Positions 12,495-24,800 of a stretch of DNA of 64,000 bases are shown here, piece by piece (position 1 is the first letter of the stretch; each line of letters begins with the position of its first letter). Below the pieces are notes generated by a model that saw only the letters and a list, made by a program, of their open reading frames with translations, had not been told where the DNA came from and searched no databases. The stretch comes from Rhina ancylostomus. Its lineage: Eukaryota. A program made the position numbers and the translations under genes. Where the stretch lies: positions 27,244,397 to 27,308,396 of the forward strand of contig JARFYF010000036.1 in assembly GCA_030265395.1 (NCBI GenBank), in the 5' to 3' direction.

Positions 12495-12860
12495 AACCTG
12501 TCATATACACCTCTATCAGAGGTCCTCTCAGCCTGCCTTGCTCAAAGGAGAACCATCCTGACTTCTCCAGTCTAACCTTGCAGCTGAACTTCTTCATCCC
12601 TGGAACCATTCTGGTAAATTTTGCCTTCTCCCTTTCTAGGACCTTCACATCCTTCCTGAAGTGTGGCAACTAGAAATGGACAATTGTGGCCAAACCAGTA
12701 ATTTGTGCAGGTATTTTGTAACTTCCCCACTTTGTATCTTCTGCTTCTATTTATGAATCCCAGGATCCCATATGCATCACTAGCTGATCTTTCAACATGC
12801 CCTGTTACTTTCCAGGATTTGTGCATGGGGACACAGGCCCCTCTGTTCCTGGACATTATT
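12495..12860 (-). mobile_element. CR1-like LINE RT C-terminal fragment
   Basis: Minus-strand remnant AYGILGFINR (ORF 12572..12895) and nucleotide similarity to the CR1 fragment at 44803. Confidence 0.7.
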
Positions 12861-15800
12861 AAGAACAATGCCAGTTTGTCTATATCGTCTCTCAATATTC
12901 AGCAGAAATTAAAATCCAATCTCAGACATTCCTCTGGGATGGCAGAAAGAATTTTTGCAGTTATGGGGACCCCTTACCTTGACAGGAACATTCAATTTTC
13001 TGTTGTTAATACTTACACAGGCCTGATTAATATTCCACATGGTGCACTTCTACAAAACGCTAAATAACATCTCTTCAGCAAACTGGGAGCAGAAGAGCAA
13101 CTTTTGCAGCACAATTAGCCATAAGGAGCCATGTGGAGCAGAGCAGCTTAAGGCCATTATACAGGATGAGCACTTAACATCTGCTTAGAAACATGGCATT
13201 GGGGATATCATTGAAAAGAAAGGCTGCATTTACAGATTGTTTTAAGGATAGTGTACATTTTTTGCAGAATCTGGAGATGATGGGAAGGATGAATTAAACA
13301 CCAGAAAAAAAACTGAGAGAGAAAGGAAGAAAGTAACTAAAACACAGAGAGTAACAGAATTAAGTGTTCACACCAGGGATGATATAAGTATGAGGGTATT
13401 CTGACTGCCCTTTGCTTCCTGAAATGTTTTGCTAGTGGCTTCAAAGTCATGTAGGCCTCCTTGTTTCTGGAGTTAAAATCATACTGTGTCACTGATGATA
13501 TCATTGTACCACACTTTCAGCATGTTGAGTAAGCCTCTGTCTCTTTGCATAGGATGGCACTCTGAACATCAATTTTGCTGGTTAAAGTGGTTTGAAAGAA
13601 GGGAGAGGTGTGAAGGACTGCACAAGGAATGGAGCACCACCTTTCCATGCCAGTTTTAGTGACTCTCACACTCCATTAGCAGTAGGTGGGATGTCTGTTT
13701 CGGCTGTGAACTCAACTTGCATGATTGCACTACAAGAGCAATGTAAAAACTTACAGCTAAGGTTGCAAGCACACAAATGTCAAATGGACATTAGCAAAAT
13801 CTGTCCTAATGCCAAACTGTAAGGATTTTCTGTAACTTACAAAAGCATTTCTATTTTCTTCGTTATGGAAAAAAAAGACGTAAAACAGACAAAACTGTGA
13901 CAATTACAGAGCAATTATGGGCTGATGTACCATTTACAAGCAATTCTGTTGATTGTTGGCAATGAAACATCTGCTACCATTCATCATTCTGCATTGTCCT
14001 GCTGCTAGCTGGCATTAATTCTCTTGCCTGCTGTTACCACACAGTGAGGTAGGGTACAACGTATCACTAGAGAAGCTTGGGGGAAATGAAAGAGTGTTTC
14101 AGCCCACTCATATAAAAAGAATTGACACTAACATGCAGACCATCTTAACCTCAAGCAGATCTGTATCAGTTTGGGGAAGAGTACTTACAGGATCATGTGC
14201 ATCCAACAGCTAGAGGAAGAGGAAGACAAATAATTGACTTGAATGCATTGATTCTCACTACACAGACACTAGATTAATTGACCCCTCTGACAGATGCAAG
14301 ATCCTGTGCTGTTGACAATGGGCTAAAATGAACAACAGGAGTGATCAGCTTGTTAATTAAAAAGAACAATCCAAATCTTGAAACGGTTACAGTAAAGATG
14401 CAGGTGTAATACTTGGAAAGGAGAAAGAGGGGTATATGATTGATGCTCTTTACTTGCAGCCCACAGCAGTGGGGAAATAGTCAGCTTGTCCTCGGACATT
14501 TCTGGATTGATGTAGGAGGGAGCCGCCATGTTGTTGGGCTTGGTAGAGAACTGCATGTGGGAACATGAACTACAAAGCTGACCTGCAACTCTGACAAGTC
14601 TTTAAACTCTCAGTACTTTACCATTGCCAAAAGGATTATCCTTTATCCTTTCAGTTTTTTAAAATCAAAGCTCTTTCCCTGTGTCAAATCTCTCATTATG
14701 GAGGAAACGACTGGATTACCAGATAACAATGTGATCTCATGTTTGCCCAAGGGGCTGGAGAGGAGAGGAAGTTTCATAAGTTTTATTTTCCCTTGTTGGA
14801 TCTGGGGTTATTGCTGTGTTTTTCTCAGCCTCTGTCAGAGCACTTGCTGCCAAAGGGTCACCCCTAGTTGGCAGTCTTTAGATATGCATTAGCACATTGT
14901 ACTCTGTTTCCAAAATTCATTCTCTTGAAGTCAATGGAATGAATTTGTCAGGCAGAATGAAACACACCAATGCTACAATCAGCACTAGTGAGTGGGAATG
15001 AAATTGTAGTCATCTCCCTACCTGAAGGGGTGGCAGAGATCATGGAATGGTGATGGGGTGGGGACTTGGCTTTGGGAAGCATCAAGTATGTTGTGCCAGG
15101 CACCAAGGTGGGAGGCGGGGTTGATGGAGCAGCAGACATTTTCTTGATCAACATTTTCTCGTTTGTTTTTGCACAGTAGCACTCACCATGTTTTGGTCTA
15201 GAATTTATTTCCCTGCTATCCAAACACAGCTACTGGCGTGTTCAGAATAAATGGATTAACAAATTGCAGAGCCAGATGAACGCATTAAGCTTACAATATA
15301 GTTTTCATAGTGCTGCTTCAAGGCTTCCTCATGTATATTTTTCTAAGAAGGGCATCCAATAATACAACATTGACATTGAGAAGGCCATCTCAAAAGTGGA
15401 TAAAGGTTATTTTTTGAGCTTCAAAAANNNNNNNNNNNNNNNNNNNNNNNNNNNNNNNNNNNNNNNNNNNNNNNNNNNNNNNNNNNNNNNNNNNNNNNNN
15501 NNNNNNNNNNNNNNNNNNNNNNNNNNNAAGTGGATAAATGTTATTTTTTGATCTTCAATAATGAAATAAATATTTGCATGCAATCTAAGTACTTCCATGA
15601 ATAATAGTTTATATTAATTATTCCATGGACTAAGGTTTTTGCATAGGTTAGCGATCTTAATGTTTCCGGCACTTGTACTGATGACTATTTTTAATAAGCA
15701 TCTCACACTAGAAAATGAATATGCAGATAAGATTTATATTCAGGGCACTGACAGCATTGTGGATGTGTAGTAGTTCATGGACTCATAATCATAGGAGCCA

Positions 15801-16726
15801 AGTATGACTCATAGCCACAACAGATGTTTAAGCTTGGCTGCCCTTTATTAGATGAATTTTGCTGTTCTCATTTGGGCACAGAGATCTCAAGGGATGTGAA
15901 CCTTGCATTCCCAATTCCTCCCTGTGGAAGCACATATCCTGTTGTGAATTATAACACTGACAGTGCTGGTCTTTAGTTGGTTCTTGTTTTTGTATATTTG
16001 TATTCACACACTAACACATAGCAATTTTTTTGTATAAAATTTCTTCCTTTGCTCTTCTGACACATGCTAAACTGTTTAAAATAGAAAAGATGAAGCACTT
16101 AAGCTTGTGTGCTGGATATCATTGTGTTATTTAAAGGCTATAATGTTTCCAAATGTCTACTCTTGCCACCCGAGGAGGGGAAATGCATTGGATGGTATAT
16201 CTATTTGTAATGAATAAAAGCAATGGTCAGAAGTGGAGAAAAGGAGTCAAAGTACATATTTTGAACTGGGATTCCAAACTGACATTAACACTCATGGAAA
16301 TTTTAACACCCTCCTGCCCACCCCTCTCCTCCCCAAGGTTGACAGAGTTGGCAGATAGATAGGTAATTTTTTTTAAAGTTATCACACTCGACCCAAGCCA
16401 AGCTATCAGCCATCACTCTCAGTTTCAGTAGAGGCAATTCAATCAGCAGCATCTTCATGGAGGTTGCACACTTCAATTTGAATTTAAAGTTTCTTTTGAT
16501 TCATGGTAGCTAGGAGCTGGAGTCCTGGCAGATATAAGGAAGCAAGGACAACCTGATCCATGATGTCTTAGGTGCTGGGCTAGTGAGGCAGGAGAAGTAG
16601 GAGACTTTGAAAATTTTATTGAGGCAGATTGTAATTTAGCACAGATTTTTCGATGTCATTGTTCCTGTTGTGAAGACTATCTACATACTTAAGCAACCTT
16701 CTGTGTTTGCTAGTGCAGTTTTTAAT

Positions 16727-16951
16727 GACCCCAACACTCCCCCTGACGCTAACCCTAACCCCCGCCCGCTAATGGGACGGCCCTGGACCCTAACCCTAAC
16801 CCTCGACGGGGAGCAGGGAAGCCCTAGGCCCTGCCCCTCACCCTAACCCTAACCCTAACCTCCGCCTGGGAGTAGGGCGGCTCTAGACCCCAACACTCAC
16901 TCTAACTCTAACCCTAATCCCCCACCCGCTAATATGACAGCCCTGGACCCT
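16727..16951. repeat. Satellite/minisatellite built from telomeric CCCTAA units and GC-rich spacers (~159-bp higher-order unit), next to a gap
   Basis: gaccccaacactc...ccgctaat..gac.gccctggaccct at 16727 and again at 16886; internal (CCCTAA)2-3 runs. Confidence 0.85.
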
Positions 16952-17949
16952 CAATTCCAGGAGCTTANNNNNNNNNNNNNNNNNNNNNNNNNNNNNNNNN
17001 NNNNNNNNNNNNNNNNNNNNNNNNNNNNNNNNNNNNNNNNNNNNNNNNNNNNNNNNNNNNNNNNNNNNNNNNNNNNNNNNNNNNNNNNNNNNNNNNNNNN
17101 NNNNNNNNNNNNNNNNNNNNNNNNNNNNNNNNNNNNNNNNNNNNNNNNNNNNNNNNNNNNNNNNNNNNNNTTTTAGGAACAGTTTTCTGTCAGTGTGGCA
17201 GAATCAATTACTGCCATCTTACATTACAGCCATACTGCAACTAGAAATGATTTCCAGAAAGTTTCTTAAGTTAAAATGTATTCAGACTTTCTCTTCCATA
17301 GACAAGAGGTCAGAAGCTATCAATTCAGTTCTTAGTCTCTGCCAAACTCTGCGACAAGGACTCAAAGTTAAAGATTTAATTCAATGAGTCCATTTGTCAT
17401 CATTGTCTAACCTTGTAAAAATATGAATGTTATTCTTCATTCACTTCTAATACCTGCTTCCTCTTGAATAAAGCTTTCATGGCAGGCTACTCTTCACATT
17501 TACCAGTCTTACAGGTCCTCATCAAGTGACGTCATTTAAGAACAACTGCAATCAAGTAAACTAATGAATATTTAGGATCAGAACAATACAAAAACATCAG
17601 CACTACTCAATGAGATCAGAAGGGCACTTAATAATCTCCTCTTGATTCAGTGGAATACAGAGGCAGCTGCTTCAAATGGTCATCATTTCACTTCGCGAAG
17701 ACCTACACTCAGTAGCCTTATTACCTTATTTGAAATTGCAGTCAAATCTCCAACAATGCAGCCCATTTGGTATATTAATCTATTCAATTACAGGACTAAC
17801 TCCGTAGTTTGACCGTCACATCCCAGTTCTAATGCTCCCTCAAAGACTCTGTGAAAGAAACACAACACTGGAGCTATGCAAAAATTTGCTTTGAACAGAT
17901 GGCTCTATCTCTACCCTTCTGTGAATCTTCAAGCAACAATGACTTTTCA

Positions 17950-19420
17950 ATGACAAACATTTCTCAAACATAGGGGCATGAGGGTTTGTGTCACCTTCTG
18001 CTATTTGTTATCTGTCAGCAAAATCAATAATTCGGGATTAACCTGACTTTTCCAGTGGCTACTGATTTTGCCAGTGGAATCACACTCATCATGGCTTCAC
18101 TGTACAATTTCTGAGGAACCCCTGCCTCTATATTTTCACCATTGTCAGCCTTGGAACAATCAACTATTATTGCCAACAGAAAATCTTCAAGCTGTCAGTG
18201 AGCCCGACAATAGCAAGCTGCTGCTGGCAGTACTGATTGCTTTCTGAGACAAGGATTCATAAAGCAGCCTGGATAACTTCATGTGGCCCCCTGACATCAC
18301 TCAGCTGGGCTCACTGTCCTCTCCTGTGAAGGAATGCATGCCGTCCATGGAATAGACAAGCATCACACAGGAAAGGAAGCTTATTCCCTTGCAGCACGCA
18401 GAGATAGGGTGCAACTTGCAACGATTTACAAAGGCATTCATACTGGGCTTTTAAATGACAGCCTCACAAGCACAACAATCCAGTCTGCTGATTTACTGCT
18501 GTTAAGGGGAAGAAAATGAAGAGTGAAAAGCAAGAGCAAAGTGGCTTCACAGCATGGAGCTGACCAAATGAATCAACAGCAACTTTAATGGAACAAGATA
18601 TTTGTTTACAAAGAAAATGTAAAGAAAGAATAGATTGACATCTACTCATCACTATTGCCTCATTATTTTGCGGTTTCTATGTCAGTTTATAAACGCGGCT
18701 ATTATGTTGTGGTGCTTCTCCTGTGGCTGCCACTGGGCCGGTACATCCTAACTCTGAGAAACAGATGTCCTCTCAGGATACCCACGATGAGCTTGTGTCC
18801 TTGATGGGCAGGGCCCTGTGAGGTACCAAATGGTGAGCTTGCAGTTTTGAGTGCACTAATGGGGATAACCTCCAGAACCCTGCCAAGTAGACCTTGGAAT
18901 ACAGCTGTCTGCTCCAGCATGTTTCCTTGGTACTGGTGCTGCCAGACACAGAAGAATGAATCACCTTCAAAATGGAAGTGAGGCTTGTCTGACTCTGCAG
19001 AGGTTCCCGAGAGAATATGAACATGGCCTCCTCCAGAGTTCTCCTCATCTCCTGGAGCTGCTGTGATAGGCTGGACACAACTACAACATTGGACTGTGTT
19101 TACCCAACAACCTTCTCCTAAACTATTCCCTACTGTAGGGCTTATCCCACTTTCAGTGTCAACATTCATGATCAAGGCTGCACAGAAGCCTCCCTCCCCC
19201 TCCTGCCTGCCTGTACCCACTGGGGCCGGGTGTCTACCCTCACCATCTGTTCCTCAGTGGCACCAGTACCTGGGTGGGTGCAGTGAAAGGTGAATGCGCA
19301 GTCAGGTGCTGTTTGGCGGCAGTGTCTGGTGCTGCCATCTCCTCCTATCCTTCGGTTGTCCCCAGGGCACCAGGCAGACGTTCAGGGCTCCCTTCCCCGC
19401 TTCCTTAAGGAAAGCTGAAA
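17950..19420. mobile_element. Possible very degenerate Harbinger element (transposase end on +, partner ORF on -)
   Basis: Weak remnants resembling the GDKGY..W and LQY..DRV regions (~18245-18410), followed by a GC-richer block open on the minus strand (ORF 18702..19220). Similarity is faint. Confidence 0.3.
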
Positions 19421-19589
19421 AAGGAAAAGATTATATGTCGATTGATCCTGCAGAAATGTTGAACTCCACTTATAAATTATCTCAAAGCATGGTTTATACC
19501 TGCAGTGAGAATGAGTGCTGTGTTCTGCACCCCGCGTCATCTGCCAGATGTATTTGGAACTGTTATGTATAATGACCAAGGTAGATTAA

Positions 19590-19755
19590 CTAAGATATAT
19601 TTAAGGTAGATACATATTTGAAAGATCAAGGAATTGACGGTTATGGGGAACTGGTGCAGAAGAGGAGTTGAGGGCAACCATGGTCATATTGAACAGTAGG
19701 GCAGCTTTCAGGGGCCTGGTGTCCTACTCCTGCTACTATTTTCTTGCATTCTTAT
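19590..19755 (+). mobile_element. CR1-like LINE 3' end
   Basis: ggttatgggga...ccatggtcatattgaa...ggggcctggtgtcctactcctgctactattttcttg tail. Confidence 0.65.
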
Positions 19756-20061
19756 TTTTTTTGTGAAATGTGTTAGGGGGATGTGCTCATACTGAAGGTA
19801 ATGAGCCAGCACTGGCTGATATGACTGGGCACGTGTGCAAGAGCCATGAGTTTTCAATGAAGGTTGAAATGAATTTCAGATGTCCAAGACTGAAGTGTGT
19901 GATTTGATTTGATTACACTGCTGCAGTAGCATTCTCACATAAAGAAGCCTTATGCTTCTTGAGTTCTGAATGGTGCACAAGCAACCTTAGCTTTTGGTCC
20001 TTTACATTATTTGAATGAGAATGTATCCAAAATTGTATGCACAGGTATGTCAGTGTTAGAT

Positions 20062-20235
20062 AAGATTTCTTTATTAGTCCTGTGTATATTGAAACACACA
20101 GTCAAATGCATCTTTGCGTAGAGTCTTCTGGGCGTAGCTACGGCACCAACATAGCATGGCCTCAAGTTCCTAACCCGTACGTCTTTGGAATGTGGGAGGA
20201 AACTGGAGCATCTGGAGGAAACACACACAGTCACT
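20062..20235 (-). mobile_element. V-SINE-like fragment
   Basis: gtacgtctttggaatgtgggaggaaactggagca is the reverse complement of the V-domain seen at 28184 and 50154. Confidence 0.7.
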
Positions 20236-20250
20236 TGCTGACTGAAATAT

Positions 20251-20415
20251 AAACTACTGGAAGAACTCAGTGGGTCAAGTAGAATCAGTGGAGGCAAAGG
20301 GATGGTTGACCCAAAACGTTGACTATCCCTTTGTCTCTGCAGATGCTGCTTGTCCCAGAGTTCTTCCAGCAGTTTGTTACTTCATATTCCAGCATCTGCA
20401 ATCTCTTGTGTCTCC
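20251..20415. mobile_element. Fold-back (inverted-arm) Penelope-derived short element
   Basis: 20251-20310 is an imperfect reverse complement of 20318-20375; the right arm is the same tail as at 12141 and 30430. Confidence 0.75.
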
Positions 20416-21619
20416 TAACCTTGCTTCTGTTGGCTAGCATTTTTGTGAAGATCCAGGAGTGTGTCACTGTTCTCTTGGCATTATGTACTAGATTGGATTG
20501 TGTAGGAAATACCTGTGTATGGACATTACAAAGCATAAACCCTTGACTCTGTTGGATGTCTGTTTGTCAGAGGGAGACATACAGAAACAGAGAGACAAAG
20601 AAAAACAGAAGGAAGAGAGACAGAGACAGAGAGAGGCAGAGAGATTTATAAGGATGAGATACCTCCAAGCTTCTCTCTGCTGAAGTGGAATTGCCATAAG
20701 GTCATCATTTTAAGATTTTAAATGTTAAGATTTAAGAATGTTGTCCTGTTGGTACATACATTTTAAAACTGGCCAGCATGCAATTCACCATTAACTATAG
20801 CAGCAAAATATCTTCAAAATGTTTTAAATAAATGTATTTAAGTATTCCTTGAACGTCTGCCAGCAATGGTCATATCCTGACCTGTTGTGCCCATGATTTG
20901 TTGGCAAGATAAGGGAAGGACTGGTGGCAGCACCAATTTGACATGAAAATTGTGATGAGGATTTAATTGCCTCATCTGGCCCTTACTTAATGTTTTAATT
21001 AGGCTCCTGTCTGTTGTCAGCAGATCTTAAACATGGAATGTTCAACTCAAGCCAATGATTTGGAAGCAATGTCTAAATGTGTGATAATGGAGCTGGATGT
21101 ATGAGGGAGAATTGGAGAAAACACAAATAAGTTAATTTCCTCATTTGTCTGTCTGACAGTGGGCCTTCAGACTATTGACACATAAATGTTTACTTTGTTT
21201 CATTAACATCTTTTAAAATATCTAGTGCTTCTTCAGCTAATATTCATTTTTTTTACTTAACTAATATTAAGTGCAACAGAGCTGGAGGCAGCAGCAGCCG
21301 CCGTTATTGATGGGATAGAACAATTAATGCATCAATTGCATTGAACTACCTGTAACATGAATAATTATATGGTCATCAGGCAGTTCATTTTGGAGAGGCA
21401 ATAAGACAATGGTGAAGACAAAATAGAAACAGAAATTATAGTAGTTATTAGGAGAATAAAAGAGTAAGTTGATGGAATGTGAACGTACATTTAGATATTC
21501 TAGGAAAAATGCATGAATTCAATTCAGATTAATAATTATCTTTTTGAAAATTAATTATGGTAAAGATGCCGCTGCTACTACTTCTGCCACCTGACTCTAC
21601 CGACACCTCCAACTCAGAT

Positions 21620-21815
21620 CACGGTGAGGAAGAATTTCTTCTCTCAAAGGGTTGTGAACCTTTGAAACTCTCTGCCCCAAAAAAGCTGTGGATACTAAAG
21701 CCTTGAATATACTCAAAGCTGAGATAAATTTTTAATCAGCAAGGGAATTAAGGATCCGGGGAAGAGGTTAGGAAAGTAGACATGAGGAAAGTTGGATCAG
21801 CCATGATCTTATTGA
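21620..21815 (+). mobile_element. CR1-like LINE 3' fragment
   Basis: gaggaagaatttcttctctcaaagggttgtgaacctttgaaactctctgccc and ggatcagccatgatcttattgaa. Confidence 0.7.
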
Positions 21816-22643
21816 ACTTAACATTAAAATTGTGATGAAGATTTAATTGCCTCATCAGACCATCTGAGTTTTAATTAAGGTCCTGCCTGTTAGCAGATCT
21901 TAATTATGGAATATTCAATGAAAACCAATAACTTGGAAGTAATGTATAAATAAATGATAATGAAGCACCCCCAGTCCAGCACTTTTCCAACCCCTCCACA
22001 AATTCTGTTCCAGTGAGAAAGATCTCCTGCTTGTCGAACAGTCTGCAGGAGCCCTGCAGTTAAACTCCATAGGACAATCTGGAAATTCTTGCAACAGGGA
22101 ACAAATTTGGAACCCACCACAAGGGTGACGTCCAGACCTTGATGCTGAGTTTGACACTTTGATCATCATCAGAAAACAAGGATTGCCATGATTATCACTA
22201 TTTTGAATTGAGACAACAGGTCAACATGCCTTTTATGTATGAAGCAGATAGTGCAGAAAAGTGAATTGCTGGCTTGATAGGTTGTAGAACTACATTTACT
22301 GCATCACGGTTACCAGTCTACAGTCTGTAGATTGCAATGCAGAGTACGCAGAGGCAAATTTACTGGACGCTGTATATCTGTACAAATCAATACATAGTAT
22401 TTCCATTCACATTATATCTCTTCCAGTGCCAAAATATATGAAAATTTAGAGTGTATAGTGGAGAATATATATTCCTGTAAAATATATTAAAAAAATTACA
22501 AAGTTTCAGTATTTCCTGAGCAGTCCAATAGTCTGGACACATTTTCAAAAGTATATTAAACAGACTTGTTTCAGAATGGTCTTCCATTTAGTTCAGTGAC
22601 ACACTCTGCCAAGTAAGAATAGGGAAGGTCTGATGTGTGACCA

Positions 22644-22985
22644 TGGTAGCATAGTGATCAAGTTACTGGACTAGTAAGCAGAGGCATGGACTGTTGATCA
22701 GGAGACATGAGTCTGAATCACAGCATGGCAGATGGGAACTTTACATTCAAGTAACTAAATAAACATGGAATAAAAGCTAGTTTCAGCAATTGTAATGATG
22801 GGACTACTGGGGTGTCATAAAAATAACATCTGTTTTTTTCTTTTTGGAAGAAAATCTGCCATCCTTAACCAGTATGGCCTGATTTCAAACTCACCAATAT
22901 GGGTGAATCTTAATTGTTAGCTAGTGACTCAGTTCGGTGGTAATTAGGGATGGGCAATAAATGTTGGTTTTGCCAATAGTCAAAT
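22644..22985 (+). mobile_element. tRNA-headed SINE with LINE-derived tail
   Basis: tRNA-like head ggtagcatagtg...gagtctgaatc; tail aattagggatgggcaataaatg. Confidence 0.6.
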
Positions 22986-23129
22986 CCATTAACAGCGTTC
23001 TGGAGTTGTGTAGCTGACTTTATGTGGTTCACCCAACATCCCTTTCCATTGAAGGAAAAGCAACAGCATTTCTGCAGCTTAAAATAAACAAGCTGTAAGA
23101 CAAAAAGATGTAATGCCTGTGACAGCATG

Positions 23130-23480
23130 ATCAGCAGTCACTCATTTCCTTCCATTAAATGTTGGAAAAATTGAAGCCCAATATGGAAATGGAAATTGCT
23201 GAAGGTGGAAGTAGTGGTCAGCAAACAAGGTTTGTGGCAGGAATCAAAGAACATGGCTTTGGTTTTCCAGCAATTAGTTGGAGTACATTTCTCCTCATCC
23301 AGTACTGAATCACAGATGAGCAGTGTGACAGATCAAAAATAGTAGAGGGGCCAAGAGGGGTGGTTGTGAGAAATGAATGTTATCAGCATAGACGAGGCTC
23401 CTTATGCTTTCAAATGATATCATCAACTGCAGCAATAAAGTTAGAAATAGAAGAGGGCCAAGGATAAATACTTGAGAGAC
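23130..23480 (-). mobile_element. L2-like LINE RT fragment
   Basis: Minus strand gives a YADN (YADD-like) remnant at ~23380-23391 and a QLIAGKPKP/QLN.GKTE-like region. Confidence 0.5.
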
Positions 23481-23847
23481 ACTAGAGATAGAGCAGGTAA
23501 TCTAATGACCATAACTTGTTAGGTTAGAATGGAAACCTTTCCACCATCAACTTTGAAACTTATTCCTTTCCTAGCTGTCAAATGCAGCCCCTACCTGGAA
23601 GTTATCTCTGGATGAACCAGAGCATTTGCAAACTTGGTGCCAGATGTGACCTGTGTTGAGATTCTGACCCCACATCCTCTGTCACCAAGCCTGGCTACTC
23701 CCATTTTGACACTTGGCCGAGCTTACCTTTTACTTAAAACTTCATCGATGCTCCTATTAACTCCAGATTCTACTAATCCAATGGTTTCTTGGTAGGTTTC
23801 CCACCTTCAAGAAGTGTAGCGAGAAGAAATAGATACAAACCTTGATG

Positions 23848-23975
23848 CAGGAGAATGCAGATGCTGGAATATGGAGCAACAAACAACCTGCTGGAGGAAC
23901 TCGCAGGTTGATCGGCATCTGCGGCGGGAAAGGGTTTCAACCTGAAACATTGACAATTCCTTTCCTCCCACAGGT
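23848..23975. mobile_element. Penelope-derived short repeat with partial inverted arms and the 3' half of the hammerhead motif
   Basis: tgcagatgctggaat...ggaggaactc (reversed tail) joined to agggtttcaacctgaaacattgacaattcc. Confidence 0.65.
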
Positions 23976-24499
23976 GATATTCAAGTAATTCCTTTACTGC
24001 CTTACCATTACTTCTTTCTTCAAATGATCAAGCACTTCAGCAACGGAACAAGATACTCAATAAAAATTGTGACAATGGCTTTCTGCTTATCCTGTTGAAA
24101 ATTTCAACAGGGACTATGCAGAAGAAGTTCATTCCCATGTTGCTTCATATAAATAAAAGCAATCTATTCTTAAAGCAAACCATTCTTAATAGCCTAGCTG
24201 TCAGAGGAAGGGAAACAATAAGCACAGCAGAAAGGAAAAAGGGAGTAAATTTTAATTGGCAAGTAAAATTAAAAAGCATTTCAACAAAGCAGAACACAAC
24301 AAAAAGATAATTACAAAGCATGCTCATTATCATGCACTGCAATATGGTTTAATTTGGTAATTTAGTTTTGCATCCAATATAAGCTTTACAGCCAGAGTAT
24401 AGTGAGAGGGTTGAGTGCATTACTAGAAAGGAAGCATAATTACAATGTTTCTTTGGTGATAGCTTTGAACAAAAGCCAACATTTCAGGACAGTTTATCT

Positions 24500-24800
24500 T
24501 CTTCTTATGGAATCTCTTGGCAGCAAGGATGATTTGCTTCCACTCATGTTCTGTCAGTTCTGAGGTGACTGATGAGGCCAAAGTGGCATCTACAGGCTCT
24601 ACAACCGATGATGTAGGAGATTCCCAATGGAATGGGTGGGCGGGTAGTCCATAGGGTGGTATGATCTTTCCGTAGATTACATTGTGCTTCCATGTCTTGC
24701 AATGAATGGACTTGAGGTTCTGAATGCCTACATGAACAATCCTTTGCCACTTGGAGTGGTCATGGGATTCCCAACAGTCAGTGAGGATATTGCAAGATTT
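24500..24800 (-). mobile_element. RTE-like LINE 3' end
   Basis: ORF 24544..24750 ends CRACRCHFGLISHLRT, resembling the RTE C-terminal C..C...GL.SH.R motif. Confidence 0.65.

Noticed and set aside
15393-15560. ~35-bp near-duplicate on both sides of a 101-N gap
   Set aside because: Most simply a collapsed minisatellite or contig-end overlap; cannot be interpreted without gap closure.
16727-16967. True chromosome end (telomere)
   Set aside because: Only short interrupted CCCTAA runs, with ordinary genomic sequence on both sides.
18702-19220. 172-aa minus-strand ORF as a gene
   Set aside because: No recognisable domain or exon structure; more likely a transposon remnant or chance ORF.
24569-24595. 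CTGATGA followed by a GCC/GGC hairpin
   Set aside because: No GAAA box; it is the reverse strand of RTE coding sequence (GLISH).
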